Origin: Utricularia gibba
Lineage: Eukaryota; Plantae; Magnoliophyta
Assembly (NCBI GenBank): GCA_002189035.1
Contig: NEEC01000017.1
Span: 124,001 to 188,000, forward strand
Direction: 5' to 3'
Length of the DNA stretch: 64,000 nt
In this document: positions 11,396 to 25,197 of the stretch, piece by piece
How the letters are laid out: every line of letters begins with the position of its first letter
Numbering within the stretch: the stretch's first letter is position 1
Position numbers and translations under genes: made by a program
The notes under the pieces: model-generated
Databases searched by the model: none
What the model was told of the DNA's origin: nothing
What the model saw: only the letters and a program-made list of their open reading frames with translations

Positions 11396-12950
11396 CTCAC
11401 AAACGCCAGTTTGTGCCTCCACCGGTTGTTTTCCCCTGGGAGATTTCTTCGTTTTTTTCCCCAGTCCCTTTAGCCGAACTCCCTCCTGTTTTGTACCTTC
11501 CATGGAAAGACGAGGATTCTTCGGCAGCCCAAGAGATGCATGCTGCAACCCCAGAGCAAGACCCTGTTGCAACCCAAGCTCATACTGATAGCTCTAACGA
11601 AGATTTCCGACTGGATGGCTTTGAGGAAGAAGAAGAAGAAACCGAAGTGGAAGAGGCGTCTAACCCACCAACTACTGCAAACAGACGTTCACCCCATGAG
11701 GAAGGGAAGGTGAGGATGATAATATTGATTCTGAAGTGGATTTGTGGATCGCAGAAATGCAGGGAGCCGCTAACAAAGGACCACCACTAACGTTCCAAGA
11801 CGGGGAGCAAGCCATCAACGCTGGCCAAACCAGCAGGCAGCATGGCAAAGGACAACGAGGGCGACAAAAGTTCTAGCGGGACCGTTTGTTGGAGTCTCCT
11901 GCCTGGACCCAACTCCGGGACACTGTCAAGTTTCCCAATAAGAAATCCCAAGCCCTTTTTAACGCTTTGACGAGTCGCCGCATCTTGTTTGCTTTCCGTA
12001 TGCATGCTCCACCATTAGCTCATTTGAATTTGACGCATGATATTAACCCCATGTTTGAGTTTTCACCTGAATGGTGTCATTTTTCAGAGATTGATCTTCC
12101 TGTTTTTCCAAAATTGGTCTTTGAATTTTATGCTACAATTTGCTTTTGATGATGTGGAAGGGAACACTATTGCTGAACCGCTCATTTCCTTTCGTTTGGG
12201 TGGAAAAGACTTTGAGCTTTCTGTTAATGAATTTAATGTTGTTCTTGGTTTTGTGTTTGAGGATGAACTTACTTCTGCTCGATATTTGCAAGCTTGTTGT
12301 GATTATCCCCCATCATTTGATGTTCATAGTGCTTATGGTTCCATGTTTGTGTGTGAACCACCCTTTCCCAGTTCCAAACTCAAGGCCCATCACTTGAGGG
12401 CCCCTGCGCTGTTAGTTTTGAACAGGTATCTCGGAGGATGCTATTCTGCCACTCGCCAAGGCACCAGTGTGGTCTCCAAGGTGGCAATGTTCTTCCTCTG
12501 GGCCATGATGAAGAAGATCCCGATCAACCTTGGTTGGTGGATTGCCACGCACATGAATCGTGTGGCATCGCGTAGCGAACGAGTGCTTCCATTCGCATCC
12601 CTCATCACTAAGCTCACGATGCACTTTAACGTGGATCTCACCGCCAACACACCCAAGGTAGAGGCTCATTTTCGATACCTTGACCTGGTTGACCTCTTTC
12701 AGTGCAGTTACCTCAAAGAACCTAAGGCCGTGCCGTTTTCGTCCAATCCGGGATGAAGAGTAAGACCACCGTGATGCCGCACACCATTGTAGATCCATAC
12801 GGTGACTCCTCTGAAGTTCCCCTGGCGACTGCCCCTGCATCTCCAGATAAACGCACCCTCCTGCTGGCTCTTCAAGATCTGCAGCGCAAGATCACCACAC
12901 TGTCGTCCAAACTGGACACCCTGATCACCTCTCTGCCGCACCATCACTAA
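11396..12950 (+). pseudogene. Athila env-like / 'putative plant transposon protein' second ORF, frameshifted
   Basis: Acidic low-complexity N-terminus, then VFPKLVFEFYAT, ISFRLGGKDFELSVNEFNVVLG, FFLWAMMKKIPINLGWWIA and LPFASLITKL. These motifs are typical of the ORF after pol in Athila-type elements. Confidence 0.75.
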
Positions 12951-13693
12951 GGTACCCTCCACCATGCTTGATGATGACGACATCCTCAGAATTAAGTGTG
13001 GGGGAGGAGCTCTCTCTATTAAACGAACTATCTTTCATTATCGTATTTGGACAATTTTTCGTATGTTTTATTTTCTATGCTTGTGTTTTTATCTTATGAG
13101 TCTACCCCATATCATGCTTCCTAGGTTAGATGACATCTATGCTTCGATATTTCTTACGCATGCTTCATGATTAGGGTGCTTAGACTTATCTTGCTGCTAA
13201 GAAACCTTCTAGATTTTTCCTTACTTTGAATATCTAGCTTTTATGACATGCATTAGGTTTGAGGCTTGCTTAGGATCGCCCTCACATGTTTTTGTTGTAT
13301 ATCCATGGCCCAGCGACACCTCAAAAAAAAAAAACGAGGATGCCAAAGGTAAGAATTGTCTGGCGAAACCGTGGACGACGCAAACTTTACTTATGAACCA
13401 CGAATAAGGTTTCGTAATCCAGACAACTCTTCCCCAAAGCGGGGGTACTTCTTCAAAAAAAAAAAAGTCACTGTGGCCCAAACTTTTGAAATTAGAGAGC
13501 GATCCCGAACTGTCTCTTTCCCTGATTGTGTTGTTTGAGTAGCATTCTTTAAATTGATTTGAAGAGTTTGGAAGGAAATAGAAGGTGATAAATGCAGTTA
13601 GATAGGGATGGGTTACCTTAGTCGTGCATCATGAGTTAGGTACTATCAGAGCTATGGATTGTCTATCTGTTTTCATACTTGAGGACAAGCATG

Positions 13694-13710
13694 ATTTAAG
13701 TGTGGGGGAA
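13694..13710 (+). other. Polypurine tract of element B
   Basis: ATTTAAGTGTGGGGGAA directly before the 3' LTR. A second copy, AATTAAGTGTGGGGGAGGAG, lies at 12990-13009. Confidence 0.85.
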
Positions 13711-13712
13711 TA

Positions 13713-15055
13713 TGTTAAGTGTCATTTTCTTATTATTTCTTAGGTTGTTTTTATGTTTAAATGTGATTAGAAGTGTCTAATTAGGAGTCTATAATGTGAG
13801 AATTGGGTTTTTATCTAGTTTAAGGTAATTATCCTAAATCTTGTATTTTATCTATTAATTTTACTAGTTTTAATTGAGTTTTTCTAGAGGCGCACACGTG
13901 GCAGGAAGTGAAAGAAAAAGGATATCAGATGGCAACAAATTGGATCTTCCCGAGCTGACATTCCCTTGATTTCTGGACAACTGCAGATGCCTAATCATGA
14001 GCCTTGACATGCGGAACACGGAGTCTCTGACAAGCACCATCATTAGCGTACCAGTGTCAGACGTTGCTTGCAAGTCATCCCAAGTTCAGCAGAATCATAG
14101 GGACACGAAAGCTCAGACTCTCAATGAAGTTCAGTTCTGTTGAGACAAGTTTAGTTTACTTTCAGTTTAGTTTTCCCTTTTGTTTCTCTCTCTAGAAGAA
14201 TGTTCCTCTAGCTTCTCTCTAGAACCTTGTTTCGTTTCCTTCAATTTGTATGGCCGTTCGCGGCTAGAAACTTCTGTTTCTGGGTTGGAACACCCCCAAA
14301 TCTATGTCGTTAGCTTATCTTCACATTTTCTCTGAATCCGAACAGGTTTCGTATGTTTTCGCGCGACTATGTTGCAGTCTTTCTGTAACAGTCCCTTTAT
14401 TGAAGATTCATGGTTAGCTGATCACTACCCGCGGATTTTGGAGAGGAGCAAGGTGGAAAGCACCAACTTAAGCCCTTTTGGCAGGAGGAAGACAACGTTT
14501 TGTCTGTGGTCGTACCTCAGGATCAATGGACAGGTAGTGACCTCGTATCTGGACTCATTGGATCATTGGCAACACTCGGGCACACGCGCGCAATTCGGCC
14601 GTAAGGGTACGCTGGCAAGACCTCTTATTCTCACGTTCATCCAAGGAGGAGCAACATCGGGCTATTCCCGTGCCTTCTTGCAAGAGAGTGTAAGGAAGGG
14701 TAGGCAATTTCTTACTCCTATAACTGAGTACTCGAGAGGACCAGAGAAGAGTGAAGATGCAACGAACATAGCTGGATAGGATTCCAAACCCAGGAACATT
14801 TACTTTATTTAAGGTTCATCGCTTACGTTTATTTCAGTTGTCTGTTCAAAACCCTCTTATTCCCTTACTCAAGCTTCATCACCAACGTTTCTCAAATCTG
14901 TTACCTTCAAAACCGTTTACAAATCGTGACAGTTGTATTCGGGGTGCCTCACCTTTCACTCAAAAACAACTCTCTGTGTTCGACACCCGTACTACGCTTT
15001 TGTGTTTTACGAGTTTTAAAAGTATTAAATTTTTTTGTAGAAACGACACGCATCA
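13713..15055 (+). repeat. 3' LTR of element B (1343 bp)
   Basis: TGTTAAG...CGCATCA. It follows the PPT and matches the 5' LTR pieces and the solo copy at 242-3862. Confidence 0.92.
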
Positions 15056-17800
15056 CCTAGTGACATGTCATGTTGCATGCTTTAATGGCCCAATAAGTTC
15101 TATGGTGAATTTCTACAAGAAAAAGGAAAACTTGGCATAATAAATTCGAAAATGGGATATCCCAATAAGATTTTTGTATGTTGTGCTATAGGCTAATAAT
15201 GCTTAATTCAATCTAAACTTCAATCTCGTCTATTTGGATTCACCATTTGTTCCAAAATATGCTTGATCTCCTAGTTTGAGATCTCAATCAAACTAGGAAG
15301 TAGGTGCCTTGATATGAAATAAGAATTTTAAGACAAACCTTGTAAACATGTAGGAAGTCAAGAAATAACTCACAATTTGAGCATCATCACTCTCACATTC
15401 CATGGGTTCTACTGATTTGGAAACGTAGTCCACTACAAGGAAACATGTAGAGCTTTTCTTTGAATGGAGGAAAAGATCCCATGAAGTCAATATCCTATCC
15501 ATCAAAACTTCACATAGTATGATAGGTTGAAGCATTTGATCTTTAATTCCTATGCCTCCAACTCTTTGGTGATTGGGATAAGCTTTGCAAAAAGATACGC
15601 ATTTGAAAGAGTGTGAGCCAATAAAAACCAACATTTGTAACCTCCTTAACAGTCACCTTTCCGCTAAAATGTTCTCCACAAGATAATTCATGGTAATAAG
15701 TAAGAATAGAATTCATGTCACTTTGAAAAGTGCATCACCAAAGAATTGGATCAAGTCAACTTTATAGAGGTACAAATCATTCTAGATATAATCTATGCTA
15801 TTTGTGCTTCTCCTTTTGATATTGTTGGAAATCCTAACAGAATTTTTTCATAAGTAGTTCATAATATTCAAATACCAGAGACTTCCATCATGACTCATGA
15901 GTCACAACACAAGTGTTCATCAAGAAAGTTATCATCAATGGAGCTTGATGCTTATTTAGATGTGATACAATTGAGATGATCTGCAACCAAATTCTCACAT
16001 CCCTACTTATCTCTAATTTCCAAGTTGAACTCCTAAAGTAATAGGAATCACTTGATAAAATGAGTTGTAGGGTCTTTTTTATTGATTTATTATGACTTCT
16101 GATTGAAACAAGTATTTTTTGAATTTCGCCAATGCAAAAAAAAAAAGTGATGGCTAAAGGTTCTTTGTTGGTTGTGGTGTAATTTCTTTATGCATAGTCA
16201 AGGCATTTAAATGCATAATGGATAACATGTGATGTTTCTTCCATTTTTTTGCCCTAGAACCACACCTAAAAATAAATCACTAACATCACAAATTAATTCA
16301 AATGGTGAATTCGAGTTAGATATGTATATAATAGGAGCCATGATAAGCTTCCTTTTCAAAGTATCAAAAGCTTTTCTACAATCTTGATCAAAAGTGAACG
16401 CAACATCTTTATGTAACAAGACACATAAAGGAGATGCATTTTTTGAAAAATTTGAATGAATCTTCTATAAAATTGGGCATTCCAAAGAAAGGATCGAACT
16501 TGTTTAATACAAGTAGGGCAATATAATTTTTGGATTACCTTTAATTCATGTCCCAAAAATTACATCTCCCAAATAATATTTTGCTAAACTATAAATAGCA
16601 TTTTCATAATTATGCACATGATTACTTGCAATACATCTTTTAAAAATAAAAAATAATTCCTCTAAATATTCCTTATAAATATTTCCATAAAAAGTAAAGT
16701 CATTCATAAAAACTTTAATAATATTTTCCACATATGTCAAAAAAGTACTTATAATTCATCCTTGAAATGTGGCTGATACAATGTAAAGTCCAAAAAACAT
16801 TTTATGGTAACCAAAAGTTCTAAAAAGGAAAACAAAAACAATCTTTTCTTTGATTTGCAGGAGCTAAGGGAAATCATGTAAACTGAAGTATCTATCCAAC
16901 CAACAATAGTGACTCTTTGCTGCAAGTCTTTCCACTTTAAAGAAACTATTTCCTAAGGTATATGGCCAACTTTAAGGAGTTAACCATTTTAGAATTGGAT
17001 TGAAATATTCTCTATCATTGACTTGCAACATTAGAGCTTTATGATGAAGAAGTAAGAGTAATATTTGATTTCATTAATATCATTAGTGAGGGCAAGATGG
17101 AAATTGAAAATAATCCTCTACTAACACTTGATATTGAATTGAGGGCCAACTTCATATTCTTCCAACGAGTTTTCACATTAAAGAATGCTAAATAGTTATG
17201 CCATGGCAATAAAATGAACTCAGATCGTCACTTTGCAACTAGTAACAACGTCACATTCTCTTACAAAAAGGATATTTCTATAGTTGGTAAAGAACATCTC
17301 TCTATACTTATTAACCTCATAAATAGAGAAATGGAGCTATATGAAAATCGTTATTCATATTACCATATGTCTATAGAATCTATAAGGTAATTATTTTTTC
17401 ATTGTGCCTATGTTGCAAAATGTAGAAGGTATGAAACAGTGGCTTCATAGTAATATGGATAATTGCAATATTGAAAACTAGCATACTATTTCTCCAACTC
17501 TCATTAGGAATTTAGCTTAGTGGATATGGCATGTGGTGTCATCATCCACTCTCTAATGATTATGAAGTCATTGTAATCATGTAATCTTTCAAGAACACTA
17601 GGACCCTCCTTACGGGAGCATTGAAAAACTATGGAATAATATAGACATAATAAGTGCTACCTTACATTGGTTCAAGATAAGGGAAGATTGATGATGCTCA
17701 ATTCTAAGTCATGTATGATAATATATCAATCGTTATTGATGACAATTTTGTAATTGAGCAGATAGTTAGCCATCTTGGTCTTATCTTTTAGTTTTTATGA
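15056..17800 (-). pseudogene. Heavily decayed Athila-like pol (RT, RNase H, integrase); outer boundary approximate
   Basis: Minus-strand remnants: CKAYPNHQRVGGIG..DQM..QPIILCE and VVDYVSKSVE (integrase); YWAIKACNM near 15090; KAFDTLKRKLIMAPII...PFELICDVSDLFLGVVLGQ (RNase H); VENIIKVFMNDFTFYG (RT). Confidence 0.85.
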
Positions 17801-18780
17801 AAATCTATTTTCTTAAAAAAAAATATGTCTACTCTATAGAAATCAATATGACTCCAATAAAACTAGAACGCAATGGGGGTTATGCAAAGCCCAACCTAGC
17901 GCATGTTGCTGCAATGTTCTTATTGAGGTTAATTTGAAACATACTCATTTCATTCCACCTTAATTTTAAAAATATCCATCCTCTCAAGATCTTTAAAAAA
18001 ATACCAACTTTAATATTTCTATTGAAAATAAATGCCAAAACAACGAAATACACTAGCATGTGAGCGAATTTCATTTTTTTTCTTATATTTTCCTGGATGT
18101 ATTTATATCAAATTCATATTCATTATTTAATTAAAATTATGAGAAATAATAATAAATATCAAATTATGTTTATTTATATTGTATAATATTGAAATACATT
18201 GTAATAAAATTTGATATATTATATTAGATAATCTAAAAGATATAAAATGAGTTTTGATATAAATATTTTGTAATACCAAATCAACTCGTAAAAAATACGT
18301 AAATATTATTCAAAATTATTATATTAAATAATTTTAGCTCATTATCTTTCATAATTATTGTGTTTATTAGTAATTTCAAAAATAATGATAAATATCATAT
18401 TATTTGTATTTAAATTGTATACTATTAAAAACACATTGTAAGAAATTATATATATTTTACAGTGTAATTTAAAGATAAAAATAAATATCAAATAACTATT
18501 TCGTAACAATTTTCAATATAGAAGCAACGCCAAGGCAAGGTGTTACTAGTAATACATATTGTATAAGTCTTCCAAAACATTAGCATTTCGATAAAGTGAT
18601 ATAATACCGATTTACAAAAAAGTGAGTGCATACTGTATGACTATGCCAAAAAGATTACAATCTAATAGAGTATTACAATATAGATTATATAATGGAGAGA
18701 TCATCAATAATGCTCTTCTAGAATAATTTCTACATGGATGTATTTTATTTTGTATGACTTATTAGAATTCTGTGTTTGGA

Positions 18781-20640
18781 TCATTGGATGGATTTTTCTA
18801 ATAATTGAAATTGAAGTATTAATCTAATTGGCCGAGTACAATAATACAATATGTATTTATATTTTAAAGACTTGTAAAGCTCACAATGCTCATATCCTTG
18901 TGCAGTTGGAGGTTTCCCACGTCGAAATGTTTGCATGTTGATGTGTACATCATCCACTTCATATACTCCTCTCAACAATAATCAAAGCTATTCATCACTC
19001 TATAGTATGTCATCTACTACATTATGGAAGTAAAGGGAAATATTGCATTGTTTACCTATAGAAAACAATTAAAAAAAGTTAACACATGTGGATTCTAGAA
19101 TAGCTGTGTACAATGATAAGCACGTTACTGGATTTAAAAGTGACTTTTTTGGTGAATCATTGATCAATAATATATTACTAATATTATAACGATAGTTGCA
19201 GGTTGTATTGGCATCCCAAATATGTCGCAAATCCCACCAATGGATATTTCTGTGTCAATGTACTTACTTATACCCCCCAAAATGCTAGATTTCTACGATG
19301 GTAACCCAAAAAATGAAGTTGACTACAAAGAAAAAATAGTTATTAGTGGTTAAAGCACACCAATAAATTGTTATTCTGTAAACTTACTCTTTTCATGAGG
19401 ATCAAATGGCCAGGTCAAGGATTTCCATGCACCAAACTATAAATTCCCTACAATTTGATCTTAAATAAATTGTAATAAAAAAATGAATCTCATTAATAAA
19501 AAAATAGTTGGAGTGACGAAATTGTACTATTTACTTGCTCTCCATTGGATGATGTAGTTAGGCTTTCCTACTACACGTCTCTTGTTGATATACACAACAT
19601 CTGCTAATAGACCATTAATATCTAAAATGATTAATTTTCTAGGACTTGAAGCATCAATCTCCTAAAGAGTGAACATTAGATATCTTGTTTCGTATTGGTA
19701 GATGGTTTTCCGTAGATGGTCTACTTCCTTCTTGGCTTCCTCAAGCTCAAAACACAATTGCACAGCATTATTATCCTCCACATGTTGTGGAGCAGATGAA
19801 CTGATAGTTTCCTCCGCATAAATATCATGATGTTCTTAAGATGATTTTGCACTGTTCGCATCCCAAAAGGAGTGCCACACCAAATATGTATTGCAAAGTT
19901 GGTGGTTGAATATCTCTCCATCTCATGTCTTTTGCTATTAGAAATGCTCTAAGACATTGCTTGTCGTCTTCGTCCAATAGTTGGGTACCTTAGAATATAA
20001 AAAAAAAATTAGTTGAAAACTTAAGAAATGAAATCAAAAGAATCTTATAAAGAAACATTTTCTACCGGTTGATTTTCCAACATTGGACAATGTCAAAAAG
20101 TATCTAAGTATTCTTATCCTCACGTCTTCTGGTGGAGTGATCTATACTAGTCCATCAATTTTCATAGGAATCTCATGAACATGTTATCATTTGAATTCCC
20201 GCATTTGATGATATTGTGAAATGATTTGTATGAGCAACCCCGAAGCACTTTGCAATGCCAAACAATGCACCGATACTAAGCAGATATCCATCTTCACATA
20301 ACCTCATAAATGCAAGGATATTTCCAATCGAAGCCGATGTTAAATGAGCTAATGGAAGACGCAAAAACGAAGCATGGACTCAACAAATGGTTGATAGGTA
20401 ATCTTAACCCACATCTTAAATGCTCGGTGCGTACTGCAAAAGCACAAGTGCCAAAATGATGTCGTGGTTGATTTGAAATTCGCTTATTTTGTTCTTTGTA
20501 TGATATTACGAAATTTTCAGGCAATAAGTATCTTTACCTAATCTTGTCTTCAAAAGTCATCTATCATTGTGAATGTTAGGTTAATTAGGAATAATACAGC
20601 ATGTAGAAAATATAAAAAATAGAGACATGTTACATACCTT
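18781..20640 (-). pseudogene. Second MULE gene remnant: PF04195-like N-terminus, coiled coil, Ulp1-like protease C-terminus (tentative)
   Basis: EHLRCGLRLPINHLL plus LAHLTSASIGNILAFMRLCE resemble the GLRLP...QLTPN..R...F..LC signature. ELEEAKKEVDHLRK is a likely coiled coil. NIHWW near 19230 and KPPTAQGYEHCELYKSLKY near 18870-18920 resemble the Ulp1 HW and PQQ.NG.DCG motifs. Confidence 0.45.
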
Positions 20641-21069
20641 GAATGAGTTGGTTTGATTTGAAATGTTGTAAGAAGAAGAAGATTCTGCTCAAGAAAAACA
20701 ACTTATCTTAAAAAAAAATCACATACATACAGAAGAAGATGGAGATTTTAAAGGTGAAGGTTGGGGGAAGAAGTGGTGAAAGAGGAGAAGAAGGCATAGA
20801 GTTTGAAGAGGGAGTTGGTGTATTTAATTGACGTAGGTATATATTTAATTTTTTGAAGTATTTTCAATTTTTCCTAAAATATTTGAAAAAATTAAATACA
20901 ATTATGATTTATCAATATCATAAGTATACTTTTAATAAAAAAAAATAGAACATTATGACTACGAATTGCAAGAATTAAATAATTAAGATTTTGTTATTAA
21001 AAAAATTTTGCCCTCTAAGCACTAGGCATTGTTTGCTATACTCAGTGACGTCCAAAAATTCTTTGGACA

Positions 21070-23943
21070 TTGCCTATGGATATAAGTGGTGCTTATGAAT
21101 ACTATGGGCATTGCTTATGGTTGTACGCGGCACCCTGAAATACTTTGGGCATTGATTCAAAACATCATGAGCATTGTTACGAGTACAAGCGATTTCCAGA
21201 ATCAGCTCTAGGTGCTGGTTCACTATTTCAATGATGCCCATCAAGGCCCAGCGCCACATAGAAGTATACATAGCTTCTAAGAATGCCATGTGCATGACTT
21301 AGGTGTCTTGGTGGTGCCCAAGAATTACTTGGGTGTTGTTTTGTATCTAAGATATAGTAAATTAATTTATATGACATTCTTTGTAGCACAATGATGGACG
21401 TAATGACATATTAATTTATTTTATTTCTAGAGAAAAAACTCATAACTCTTTCAAATTTAGATTTTTTTCCAGGAATGCTCAGTGTATTGGCATCATACCT
21501 CTAGTGCATCGCATGATAATGGATCGATGATTTAGATTGCACATCAACGAGGTATTGGTTCGGATGGGATAATGCTTGAAATGATACCCGATGTCTTTGT
21601 GTCTGATTTTCTGGATTAAACTCTATTTCAAGTGACTCGTCCCATCTAGCCATATATCATCTCAATGTTGTACCTTAATAATCCATGGGCATTATAAACC
21701 TCGTTGATTGAGCTCCCACGGCAGATATTCTTCTTATGAGTAGAGTCATGGACCAACAAAAATGATGTCGGTGGCTATGTATCCTAAGATTGCAATGGTG
21801 GATTTTGACTCTCGTATATTTTGATCTGCTAGTCAAGATGTAATATAGAATTGATAACATCCTTAGGATCAATGTTTAGCATTCAGCATGCCTTCACACA
21901 ATAGTTACTAGTAAGTATAATAGAAAGGCAAAAATACATAATCACTGGAGTCGAGCATATACCTATTGTGCATGGAAACATGGGATACCAAAATTTCGCC
22001 ACTTGCTACACTCACACATGCCTTGACGAATCATCACTATTAGCTTCTTTTGTTTACCATTTTTTCTATGAGTGGTAACCAAAACCTTCATCTGAGCATG
22101 ATCAACTGCATTTATTGATGCATGAGGAATTGGTTTACCGTTTATTAGGTTGGTCTGCGAAAACAATGTGTCATTGATGCTGATGTAGTGACTTTTGTAG
22201 TCTATCAAAAAAGTAGTACTCATATCATGCAAATGTAGCATGTTCATAAAAAGAAAATCATTGGTAACTGTATTTGTGGTTATGCACCTAGAATCAATGA
22301 TACCTATGCCAAGAAGCACAAGGGTAGGTGTCTTGGTCCCTTCCATACTCCATTCATGCCTTCAATTTGATTTGTTCTTAAGTCCTACACCTACACAATA
22401 TGAAATAATGTAGAACAAACGCAAGATGAATATGATATTCATTATTGTACCTTACTCCTTCATCATATGCTAGAATCCATGATTCAGGCTATAACCTATT
22501 TAGGTAATCCCATCCTTTCGGATATATTTTATAAATTTCTTTCATGTAGAGCATCTATTTAGTTGTCAATGTGGCATATATGCCTTTCATATATAGTTTA
22601 CACATACACAAAAAGTTCCTATATTTTCCAAGAAAATTGGATCGCAAGTGGCTTATACAATATCTTTGTGAACCTTTATAGTCTAGTATGAATACCCTTA
22701 CTTTTAATATCGCATTTTCTATAAAGGGGCATCGATATGATATAAAGCAACATAGTCTGTTAGCAACCACATGTTGATCCAATAACTAAATAAACCAATG
22801 CCACCAAGCATCATTTTCATTGTCGACAAGTACAAAAGCAAGAGGCAAGAGAAGACTCGAAACATTTACTATTACGGCGATCAATACCTTATGAGAGTAT
22901 CACAAATATAGGTGGATGGCATCAATATTGATCACTAGCCGACAAAAATGGAATATTTGAATACATTGTCCAAAACACCAAAATATGTATTTCAATACCT
23001 TTGTTTCATATACGTCTGGTTGCTTGTGTTGATATTCCACAATGGTACTTGGATTTATAAGTTGTACTTCTAAAAACCATTAAGATGGAAGGGGTACTGA
23101 AGACTCCCATATCTCATAAACAATTTCATAGACTTTTCAAATGTCATACCATGCTCAATAAACAATTTCATAGCCTATTACCTCTTTGATCACCTGTTGA
23201 ATGATGCTGACTTTAGTACCGAAGTCTACATCAAGAAAAGATCTTGCACGTTATGTAATGTACGTCGGTGTGATATTTCGATGAGATAGTGAGTTTGAAC
23301 CCACGCATTTACATGTGTATGGCTCTTCAAGTGCAGTTATCTTCTAAACAGTATCATGAATTAAATACGCACAATGAACCATTTGCACTACTTGTTCATC
23401 TTGTAACAACGATATTCCACACATATCCCATCTTGCACTTTGTATATCCTAAATTCACATCCAATTTTGATTGTATACATCACCACTTCATTATGAAAAG
23501 CCTCCTTTCATGCAAATCTCTAATGTTAAGAGAACAGAGATTCTATCAAATGAATAGAGTTTGCAACATCCATGAAATATTCATCTTTATCTTCTCAATT
23601 ATTGGTGATAAAAGATGGAGGCATCCATTGTCTATCTCGAACATTAGCTAGCTCACTTATTTGAGGATTCACTGATGATCGTTTCTTGCTTCTCTTGTGT
23701 TTCCTTGTTTATATGTTCATCTTCGTCAAGTGCCTCATTCCCTTGTATATCGGAGTAGATGTCGTAGTATTGCATATGATCAATTGGAATGTCATTGCGA
23801 CCTAGAGAATCATTAGTACTGTAATCATCATACTCATGAGTTTCTTCACTTACATTAATATTGATTAAACAATAGTCATAAGCAGCATTCGATAAATATT
23901 GGACATTGCTTATTAGACAAAGCAACATCCAAAATATATACAT
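21070..23943 (-). pseudogene. MuDR/MURA-type transposase, decayed
   Basis: Manual translation near 22700-22950 gives CRLVINIDAIHLYL*YSHKVLIAV..LLPLAFVLVDNENDAWWHWF...FISYR (MULE DDE domain). SWIM finger CECSKWRNFGIPCFHA at about 21970-22020. Degenerate CCHC-like end near 21090. Confidence 0.85.
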
Positions 23944-25197
23944 TCAGTTTTTTTAAAAAAATATTTCCAAATCAAAAATTTTGTTGTTTTAGTGGATGGA
24001 AATATTTTAGGGGCAACTCTTAGGTTGCTGATTTCTTAGTTATCGATTAAGAACTATATCACTTTATCTAAATGTTCATGTTTTGAAATAATAATATAGT
24101 ATGTATTCACTTATGAAACGTAGCGTGGCTTCTTCTTCGAAAGAGTGCTCAACATATGTGGTGTGCTACTTGTGTTCCTAAGCAGTATTCGGAAAATGTT
24201 GGGTATTATTTGTTATTAAACATAGCATCCAAAATATTTATGTTTAGATATTTTAAAAAAAAATTTCAAAAATATATTATATATCAATTATATCATTAAT
24301 TGTTACATGAGATAATATTTTAGGATTAAAAATAATGAGTTGAAATCATTTAATATATTTATTTTGAATAATATGCATGTGATTTGATTTAATATTACAA
24401 TATATTGATAATTATTACCATATTAAGAATATTTTTTTATATTTATTTTTAAACGGAATATCAAGAATATTTATTTTGTAAAAAGTTTTGAGAGGATGAG
24501 TATTTTTAAAATTAAGGTGAAGAAAAATAGGTATGCTTGAAAATTGACCCGTTGTTAGTATGACAATCATAGGGGCTGTGATAGTACACCATAACGACAT
24601 TGGAGATCCTGCGTGTCCAAAATTTGGACCTTTCATAAAGATGTGGATTCTGCTTTTATTGCCTAGTTCACGAATATGGTACCAGAATCGATAGGTTCAG
24701 TTTGGATAGGAGGATATGTACTCCGGCCCGGCGCAGCCCATTTGTAGTCTCTGTGCTCAACACCGATTCTATACTGTACTTTGAACAGGTCAACACGCTT
24801 TGTATACCCTCCTGATTGGTTTGGTTCCCCGTAAATTAATTACTGTTTCCTTTTTCTAGAAAAAAAAAACATAAATATCCATTTTGATCTTATTAATAAA
24901 TAAAAGCACGCAGTACGCACACTGGATTTAATTTGGGGAGATCCTGCAAAACAATAAAACTGAGATTGGAGGAAGAACTGCAAAATGTCGTTGTAATGTA
25001 TTTGCTAACCCCAAATCAGAACAGCAGTAATTTGTGGAGAGAGGAAGGAAGAAGCAGAGAGCTCTGAACCGAGAAGCAGCAGTTTCTCCATTCTTCTAGA
25101 TGCCCTCGACCCAGTTCTGCATCTGCTGCACTCCGCTCACATTGCCAAGGGAACTACAACGGTGGAGTAGAGAAGCTTCAGCCGCTACCGTGTGAGA

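Larger units (their letters stand above)
4832..15055 (+). mobile_element. Athila-like Ty3/gypsy retrotransposon (element B), non-autonomous: 5' LTR truncated, integrase core deleted
   Basis: Partial 5' LTR, Asp-type PBS, gag-protease-RT-RNaseH, an env-like second ORF, PPT and a 3' LTR are all present in order. About 13 mismatches over about 340 alignable LTR nt (about 96%, counted by eye). Confidence 0.93.
17925..24550 (-). mobile_element. Mutator-like element (MULE), about 6.6 kb, with long TIRs and a degenerate 9-bp TSD
   Basis: About 17925-18035 (GAGGTTAATTTGAAACATACTCATTT..CACCTTAATTTTAAAAATATCCATCCTCTCAA) is an inverted match of about 24440-24550. The flanks GTTCTTATT (17916-17924) and GTTGTTAGT (24551-24559) agree at 7/9. 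MuDR transposase remnants lie inside. Confidence 0.85.
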
